Origin: a virus
Lineage: Duplodnaviria > Caudoviricetes
IMG/VR virus record: IMGVR_UViG_3300035498_000371
Location: 160,001-224,000 of that record
Reading direction: 5' to 3' (one strand)
DNA length: 64,000 bases
In this document: positions 57,171 to 64,000 of the stretch, piece after piece
Layout of the letters: each line of letters begins with the position of its first letter
How positions within the stretch are numbered: the stretch's first letter is position 1
Position numbers and translations under genes: made by a program
The notes under the pieces: generated by a model
What the model saw: only the letters and a program-made list of their open reading frames with translations
Told to the model about the DNA's origin: nothing
Database searches by the model: none

Positions 57171-58152
57171 CTGAATTAACAATTTCAACAGACTATATCA
57201 TATGCTGTTATAACTTATGTATACCATATCTTATAGCAGACACCCTCGCGCTTCCCCAAATGCAATTAAGCAACCAAAGAATTTCGTCTTTGTGGTACTT
57301 TACTCTGTTACTGGGGATTATTTCTCAATAATCCTTACCATTTCAATAGTCGTTTGACTTCCTTGAATTATTGTATAATTATATCTATCGTATTCAGATC
57401 TTTTTCTAATTCCAGATATTGCGTTATGTTTAATCATATATTCTGGAGCGCCTATATCTATCAAAAAATCTTTTATAGAATCATAGATTTTATAAATACC
57501 AGTTTCTGAATCATATATTCTTATTCGTTTTGGATTTCCTCCAATAAAGTTACCATTTAATATAGCGCTATGTATATTTTCTTTTTGTGTAACCTGCCTT
57601 AAATTTGATATATGATTATTTGACGGATTTGCATCTATATGATCAATTACGAGGCCTTGAGATAATGGCTCTTCTCCCCATGCACTATAAACTAATCTAT
57701 GTACAGAATGATGTATTTTATCTGGACCTTATATTCTTCTATAACCTCCAGGAAGAAGTTCTTGTTTCATTAAGAATATTTTCTTTATAGTTATATTATC
57801 ATCGTCATAATATGCTTGTGTTATTTGTCCATCCATACTAGCATAATAATTATCAAGATAAGTTGATCTGAATATTTTTCCATTAATTGTAAATTGTCTT
57901 CTTACGATATAAATATTATTCATTGGTCGATACCTCCTTCATAGCTTAAAATACTGTTACCGACCATATATAATTCAAGTTTAGCACAGGATTGTTATTA
58001 TAGCTACACTTAAACTATAATAGTTTCCCCTGTTAGCACACTTATTAAATAACCATTTCCTGTTATATACTGAACGTTAAGCGCACACCCTAGATTTCTA
58101 GGTTCACGAGGTTTTCATCTACGTATCACTACGCAGCGGGGCACATATTTCT
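57171..58152 (-). mobile_element. Group I intron (982 nt) carrying an HNH gene
   Basis: P1 GGGU|A...UGCCC; R AAGUCAAACGACUAU; S GAUAUAGUCUG; terminal G; joins FNLG|AISL. Confidence 0.92.
57318..57923 (-). pseudogene. Intron-encoded HNH homing endonuclease with one in-frame TAA (57729-57731)
   Basis: AAGGAGG SD; the same frame resumes with VHRLV...VIDHIDANPSNNHISNLRQVTQKEN and stops at 57318. Confidence 0.85.
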
Positions 58153-58248
58153 ACCCAAATTGAATCTTCCTTCATATACAGGATAATCATCTTTATCTGC
58201 TGGTTCCATACCTCCACGTACATACCATGGAGATAAAGATGCTCTACA
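58153..58248 (-). CDS. nrdD: Class III RNR, 96-nt exon 2
   Basis: CRASLSPWYVRGGMEPADKDDYPVYEGRFNLG; not called in this frame by the ORF track. Confidence 0.92.
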
Positions 58249-58646
58249 CAACTCGTATGAATATTTCTATTCTGGTTAACGAGCCTGACTATATCTTCGC
58301 TCCGGTAGCTCACACCATCAACACGCTTCGCACTTCGCTACAGTGTATCTCTGCAGCTACGATACTCTCTTCGTGCAATATAAAATTGCCTTATTCTTTA
58401 TTAAAAATAAAGTTACATTTATTGATTTTTCTAGTCGATTGACTTTCCATTATTCATTATTATAATTAATCAGCCAATAATTATAATACCAAACAATAGC
58501 TTAGCACAGGATTGACTTCAACTTTACTTGGTCAGCTTTCCCTGTTAGCACACTTATTAAATAACCATTTCCTGTTATAAACTTTAGCGTTAAGCGCACA
58601 CCCGTTTACAAGACGGTTCACGAAGTTTTACATGAGCAATAGTTTT
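58249..58646 (-). ncRNA. Group I intron (ORF-less, 398 nt) in the MG|CR active-site motif
   Basis: P1 AUGGGU/GCUCAU; R AAGUCAAUCGACUAG; S AAGAUAUAGUCAG; terminal G. Confidence 0.92.
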
Positions 58647-59831
58647 ACCCATTAAGCTTATAGGAGTTTTATATTTCTTATACATGGAAGGAATATACCC
58701 CTCCCCCGTTAGACTGATATAGTCCGGATACATGGTCTTTCTACTACACTCTAGCGCCAAATCGAATAAATATTCGAATTCTTTTCCTTCACCATGTAAT
58801 TCTTCATTATAGAAGAATGATAATTTAGGGAATAATACAGGTTTTTTGAATCCTTCTTTACCCTGACCTTCCATACGAACCTTAAGAATCGATTCAATTG
58901 CAATGATGCCAAATTTAGAAGTGTCTAATCCAAAACTACATGCAATGAATGGATAATCGCCTCTAGAAGATCCTACAGTATTGAATCTCATTTCCCATGA
59001 TTGGAAGCCTTGTTCCATATCTCTTCTAACTTTCTTGGTAGCATATATATCTGCCGATTCTTCATTGTAAATGCCACCGCAATCTTCTACGATATTCTTA
59101 TATTCGTCAAGATATTTATTGTAACTCTTTTCTGCATATGGAACCACAAGACTATCGACTCTTGGAATTGTAAATCCGCCATACTGTTGAGATGCAGTAG
59201 ATAAAGTTACATCACTTACCACATCAAATAATACATCCAATGTTTTTGGCTCGTTATACCAAACATTACCCATTTCAAATCCGCCAGTAACAATACCATG
59301 GATATCAGCGAGACAACAGTTCAGGCCATCGAGTCTATCCTTCATATCATGAATATAAATATACCCATCGTTAGCAGCCTGTAATTCTTCTTTATTTAAG
59401 AAGAATTTTCTATATAACTCTTTATTGAGTTTTCCATAAATTAATGATCTCTGAGTTGAGATCATAGAGCTATCAGTATTGGCATTTGATACATCTCCTA
59501 TATATCTAATACTTTGAGATTTCTGGTATACTGAATCTAGCATAGCGCAAAAATCTGTTTTATAATTTCTGTAATCCCTATAACTTTTGCTAATCTCTGG
59601 ATCTATCTTATCCAGCGCCAATTCAGCAAATATATGCATTTGGGCAATTGGTATTTTACCATCATTATCGTCAGCGTATTCTTTTGCCATAGAACTTACT
59701 GATTGCTCAATAAAACTAACTTCATCATCTGTTAGCTTATGCATACACCTTCCTGCAGATTTTCCGACAGCGACAACGACTTTATTGATATCAAAGTCTT
59801 GCTCAGTACCATCTTTTTTGATTACAACCAT
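58647..59831 (-). CDS. nrdD: Class III RNR, exon 1 (spliced product 714 aa)
   Basis: ATP cone VIKKDG, YIYIHD, NCCL, QQYGG, FPKL, YPD, SLMG. Confidence 0.93.
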
Positions 59832-60044
59832 ATATCTTTACCTCCTTAAAATATAATTAAAATTTAGTTCTGGATTATTGACTTGTTGAGGTGAATTGCA
59901 TATCTTGATATAAAATGTATTTTATCTTACCATTTTAATTTATTGCTTATATAAAGAGAAACACTATAAAATAAAGCATTATGCTTAAATTTTATGGCGA
60001 AAGACATGTAAATAATTCTAATTAATTTAAGGAGGCGTAGAAAT

Positions 60045-61262
60045 ATGAGCAAAGTAAGAAAAGCAAGAGTTATAGATAATCCTAAAGACGTTCAAGAGAT
60101 CGTTAATATTTCTTATGAAGAAGCATGTGAGAAAGATATCGTTATGAGATACTTTGGAAACTTTGGGAAGGGCTCTAGATTCAACCCATATGATATTATC
60201 GTTATACCGAAAGGTAAGTATGGTAAAACAAAGAAAAACAAAAATGAATTCACAACCACAGTTGGGTTGTGGATATTTAATAAGTCTTTCATTGAACCGT
60301 TTTCCGATATTATCGGCTATATTAATGAGCCTGTTACAGCAGACAAATATGAAGAGATTAACCAGGAGCTTTCATATGCTAGATTAGAGGATAAGATTTC
60401 TCTAGAAGATCTTAAGAATTTTATAGTTCAGTCTCAGATTCTTATGAGTTGCTGTTCGGCAATAGCTCCATCTCATACAGAGATTATGTTTAGCATGAAT
60501 ACAGATATAGATAGGAAGAAGAGAGAATTAGAGAAGAAGTATGAAAAAGAGTTAGCAGCAAAAGATCTTAATGCTGCTAAAGCAATGGAAGATGAATTAA
60601 TAGACTATGCTAAGGATTTAATGAAAGATGATCCTGCAGTAGATATGTTTAATTCTGGAGCTCGTTCCTCTTGGGGAAACAATTTCAAGAATATGTATGT
60701 ATGCCGTGGACCAATTCATCTTACAGATGGCTCATATGATATTGTAACTTCATCTTACATGGATGGGCTAGATCCAAAAGATTTTGCTAAAGTAAATGAT
60801 GCAGCTGTTGGTGGTCCATATTCTAGATCAAGAAAGACCCAAGATGGTGGTTATAAAGAGAAACAGTTTACAAATGCTACTCAGCATATTAAAGTTCTTC
60901 CTGCAGGTAGCGATTGTGGCACTAAGAGATATATTAACGTTACTCTTACTAATAAGAATATTAAAGATTGGATGTACTGTTTTGTAATCGGCAATAACGG
61001 AAATCTTACAGAAATTACATCAGAAAACAAAGATAAATTTATTGGTAAGACTGTAAAGATGAGATTCTCCAGCATGTGCGCCAATAAGAAAGATGGAGCT
61101 ATATGTGAAAAATGTATGGGCTCATTATACAACCGTATTGGTATTACCAATGTGGGTTTAGGTACAATGATAATGATGAGCCAGACCAAAAATGCCGCCA
61201 TGCGGCGCTTCCACGATTCGAGTCTTAAACTTAACTCATTAGACCCAGATGACATATTCTAA
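60045..61262 (+). CDS. RNAP beta' C-terminal subunit (probably virion RNAP)
   Basis: SGARSS, RGP, SYMDGL, bridge helix KTQDGGY, DCGT, RFSSMC..ICEKCMG, trigger-loop MRRFH; promoter at 60003-60015. Confidence 0.88.
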   Translation: MSKVRKARVIDNPKDVQEIVNISYEEACEKDIVMRYFGNFGKGSRFNPYDIIVIPKGKYGKTKKNKNEFTTTVGLWIFNKSFIEPFSDIIGYINEPVTADKYEEINQELSYARLEDKISLEDLKNFIVQSQILMSCCSAIAPSHTEIMFSMNTDIDRKKRELEKKYEKELAAKDLNAAKAMEDELIDYAKDLMKDDPAVDMFNSGARSSWGNNFKNMYVCRGPIHLTDGSYDIVTSSYMDGLDPKDFAKVNDAAVGGPYSRSRKTQDGGYKEKQFTNATQHIKVLPAGSDCGTKRYINVTLTNKNIKDWMYCFVIGNNGNLTEITSENKDKFIGKTVKMRFSSMCANKKDGAICEKCMGSLYNRIGITNVGLGTMIMMSQTKNAAMRRFHDSSLKLNSLDPDDIF

Positions 61263-61397
61263 TTAAGCCTATTACGTGCAATTACAAAAATTCAACTAAA
61301 TTATAATCTTTACTAATAATGTTTGTACTGCATTATTTATGTTTTTTACTTAATACATAAACATATTTATTAAATTTAAATATGGAGGTTATAATTT

Positions 61398-62345
61398 ATG
61401 AAAAGATCTAAAGATCCTTACGAGAAAAGATTTTTTGGAGTTGCTAGTAGAGGTAACCCAAGACCATATACTCGGCGAGAATATAATGCATGGTATTGTA
61501 TGGTCCGCAGATGCTATTATCCAAAAGATAAATCATATAAATCATATGGTGCAAAAGGAGTTCGTGTATGCGATAGATGGTTATGCCTTGAATATTTTTT
61601 GGAAGATATTCAAAAATTACCAAATTATAAAAAATTTATTACCACTGGAGAATATAATCTGGATAAGGATATGAAGCAAATTAATAAATTATCTTCAGAA
61701 ATAGTTTATTCTCCGGAAGTATGCCAATTTATACCAAGGATACAAAATTCTAAAATGAATTCATTGCATAAAGAAGAATTAGAAAATAAAAGTAGCATAT
61801 ATTATGGTGTAACAAAAACAAGAACTGGTAATTTTACATCCTGCATATATAAAGATAGCACAAGATACTTTCTTGGAACTTATGATGATGAAATAGCTGC
61901 AGCAACAGTATATAACTACGTGGAAAAACAATGCGCTTATTATCCAAAGCTTAATTTAGGTATTCCAAAAATGGATATTAATGATGCATTTTCTCATTTG
62001 GTAGGTATAAAATGCCCTACGTTCCCTCCAAATTTTAATGCTACGTGTTTGGATATAAATATCCAAAAACAAAATCCATATTTCGGAGTTAGTATTCTTG
62101 GAGAAGATAGATATAGAGCCATATATGCCATAAATGGCAAAGCAATAAATATAGGAGTGTTTGATTCTGTCGAGGCTGCAGCTAATGCACATAATTATTA
62201 CGTAAATCATTATAACCCAAATGGTTTAATAAATAAGGTCGCATATATGACTCCAGCAACATGGTTATCTCATAAAACTACCAGTAAGAATAACGTTCAA
62301 ATGTGTTCAATGGTTAAACGCCAAATGTGCACTATTATAGATTAA
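61398..62345 (+). CDS. Free-standing HNH-like endonuclease with two AP2 DNA-binding domains
   Basis: WYCMVRRC..YGAKGVRVCDRW..LDKD..YSPEVC; two AP2 repeats YYGV...LGTYDDEIAAATVYN and YFGV...IGVFDSVEAAANAHN. Confidence 0.8.
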   Translation: MKRSKDPYEKRFFGVASRGNPRPYTRREYNAWYCMVRRCYYPKDKSYKSYGAKGVRVCDRWLCLEYFLEDIQKLPNYKKFITTGEYNLDKDMKQINKLSSEIVYSPEVCQFIPRIQNSKMNSLHKEELENKSSIYYGVTKTRTGNFTSCIYKDSTRYFLGTYDDEIAAATVYNYVEKQCAYYPKLNLGIPKMDINDAFSHLVGIKCPTFPPNFNATCLDINIQKQNPYFGVSILGEDRYRAIYAINGKAINIGVFDSVEAAANAHNYYVNHYNPNGLINKVAYMTPATWLSHKTTSKNNVQMCSMVKRQMCTIID

Positions 62346-62364
62346 GAAAGGAGATTTTGATATT

Positions 62365-63222
62365 ATGAACTATATCGAGTCACAATTTAATGAATTAGGC
62401 GAAATTTACGATTCTTATGTTTCTCAGACTACGCATTCTGATGCAGATAGAGTCGCTTTTATAAATAATGCTTATAATAAGATTAATCTTATTAGTAAGA
62501 TTATCTCTATGGCTGCAAATGGAATAAAAATAGAAGATCAAATATCTATTCCAGAAGAACCTAAGGTTGAAGAGAAACCTAATAAAGTAGCATCGTCTGA
62601 TATGGCAGCATTAATGGGAGGAGTAGAACCAGATAATGAATCTGATACACAAGAAACTTTAGATGAAGAATCTGTAACTAATGAGCAACCAGCAATATCA
62701 GATGAAGTTAAAGAAGAAACAGCAAAATTTATAAGCCAGACTGAAAAGCTGGTTAATTCTATTAAGGAACGTATAGTAACGGATCAGAATGATTCTAATA
62801 AATCTGAAGAAGAGATTGCTCAAGCTGATGCTGAGAAAGCAAGGAAAGCTCAAGAAGCTGAAGAGTTTATTGATTCTTATGCCGATTGCGATATTGAAGA
62901 AATCTTTATCGAAGAATTTATGTCTTGGGGCGTAAGTCCTACATATGCTGGGTGTAAGAATATTATTAAACTCATTGATCTTTGTGAGAATAATCATGAA
63001 ATTAATAGAAATTCAGATATCGAAACTATTCTGTACGAACTATCAAACGAGTGCGGTATTACTTTAACGCAGCTTACTAAAAATCTTAAATTTATTATAT
63101 CTAAAGCAGACTTCTCTAAGTCTAAATTTATACCAATACTTTCTAAAATAAACGTTACTGTAGAAATATTGTTGAAAGAATTCATTGATTTTTGTGCATT
63201 TGAGGAAGAAACAGAAGAATAA
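62365..63222 (+). CDS. Protein with divergent C-terminal Spo0A-effector-like domain
   Basis: WGVSPTYAGCKNI...ILYELSNECGITLTQLTKNLKFII echoes the Spo0A_C pattern GVPAHIKGYLYL...[24 protein letters not shown]. Confidence 0.45.
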   Translation: MNYIESQFNELGEIYDSYVSQTTHSDADRVAFINNAYNKINLISKIISMAANGIKIEDQISIPEEPKVEEKPNKVASSDMAALMGGVEPDNESDTQETLDEESVTNEQPAISDEVKEETAKFISQTEKLVNSIKERIVTDQNDSNKSEEEIAQADAEKARKAQEAEEFIDSYADCDIEEIFIEEFMSWGVSPTYAGCKNIIKLIDLCENNHEINRNSDIETILYELSNECGITLTQLTKNLKFIISKADFSKSKFIPILSKINVTVEILLKEFIDFCAFEEETEE

Positions 63223-63335
63223 GAATGATACTGGGTATGGGTATTTTCCCATACCCTTTATTACATTTAAATAATGGAATAAGTTAATTATTTTATATCC
63301 TATTAAAGTTCTATTATTAAGAGAGGGTGAAAGCT

Positions 63336-63926
63336 ATGAGAAAACCTGTGAGATTAAAAGGTGAGCCACTGGATACTTATCTCCAGCGAGCTTGTAGGGC
63401 TCTTTTTAATGGCGGACACAATATCAATGAGATAGCCACAAAAATGAAAGTTACAAATACGGAAGTATTTAATGCTATCCACGACGATATGCATTTTGTA
63501 ACTAAAGATGAAGAGAAACTTATCCAATCTCTTTATTTAGATGGCATACCGGTAAGATTAATTGCTAAACAAATTGGTGTTAGTGAATACACTGTTAGAA
63601 AGAGACTTAACGGTAAAGAAAACGCATACGATGCATATGACAATGGTGAACACATGCCAGACGTTGATCTTGAAACTATAAAGAAATTATACACTGAAGA
63701 GCACAAATCCACTAAAGCAATAGCAAGCATTCTTGACGTTTCAGAACATCGTGTACGTTATAGGCTTGAAAAGTGCGGTTTATATTCGCACTCTGGCGTT
63801 AAACCTGTAACAAAACGTGAAATTGCTAAATTCAATAAACTATATAAAGACGGATTGTCGCTGGCTCAAATCGCAAAGAAATGCAATAGAAATCGTAATA
63901 CGGTTTCTAGATATATCAAAAAATGA
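63336..63926 (+). CDS. Multi-helix-turn-helix DNA-binding protein
   Basis: Four HTH repeats (INEIATKM, VRLIAKQIGVS, TKAIASILDVS, LAQIAKKCNRN); promoter at 63262-63274. Confidence 0.75.
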   Translation: MRKPVRLKGEPLDTYLQRACRALFNGGHNINEIATKMKVTNTEVFNAIHDDMHFVTKDEEKLIQSLYLDGIPVRLIAKQIGVSEYTVRKRLNGKENAYDAYDNGEHMPDVDLETIKKLYTEEHKSTKAIASILDVSEHRVRYRLEKCGLYSHSGVKPVTKREIAKFNKLYKDGLSLAQIAKKCNRNRNTVSRYIKK

Positions 63927-64000
63927 AATGGACGCCCGATACCGTATTTGGTATCGGGCTTCATGTTGCTCACAAAATATAGTAAGAAAGGAGGTATATG

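Noticed and set aside
57729-57731. Stop-codon reassignment (alternative genetic code)
   Set aside because: Only one internal stop was seen and it is TAA, the main stop here. TAG ends dut and xkdX at their expected C-termini, and long genes are intact in code 11.
52245-59831. Fragmented RNAP and nrdD as pseudogenes or intein-containing genes
   Set aside because: The interruptions contain stops and group I cores, and removal at U|...G| boundaries restores conserved motifs exactly in frame
504-63730. Short antisense or overlapping ORFs in the track (e.g. 504-713, 8705-8959, 60881-61255)
   Set aside because: They are shadows of longer genes with no SD or recognisable motif
1-64000. CRISPR array, tRNA genes, second DGR target
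   Set aside because: By eye I found no regularly spaced repeats, no cloverleaf and no second copy of the GGCGTTCGCCTCCG VR end. tRNAscan and a TR BLAST would be needed to exclude them formally.

Overview
This window is part of an AT-rich jumbo phage genome of the phiKZ/AR9 type. The host is probably a Firmicute anaerobe: genes have strong AGGAGG SD sites, and there is a class III RNR, an XkdX gene, an LL-H-like holin and a Spo0A-like domain. Contents in order: (1) a paralogous array of Glu-processed internal head proteins around a HEXXH protease; (2) a split virion-type RNAP beta subunit; (3) a tail-fibre module containing a complete diversity-generating retroelement (target/VR 15817-15904, hairpin, avd, TR 17837-17924, RT; all 12 TR/VR mismatches are at TR adenines); (4) nucleotide and replication genes (thyA, dut, folA, RNase H, a small PolB-like subunit); (5) baseplate and lysis genes; (6) an RNAP beta' N-terminal gene split by two sister ORF-less group I introns, one inside the catalytic ADFD|GD motif; (7) nrdD split by two other sister group I introns, one carrying an HNH gene with a nonsense codon; (8) nrdG, a beta' C-terminal subunit, a free-standing HNH-AP2 endonuclease and a Spo0A-C-like protein. 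Two window-wide signals were found by eye. One is an ACA-N6-TAA phage promoter in front of about 19 genes, including avd. The other is a shared C-terminal M-C-x-[IMY]-[VI] peptide tag on five unrelated proteins, mostly nucleic-acid-acting ones including Avd. All calls come from manual motif reading; no database searches were run.
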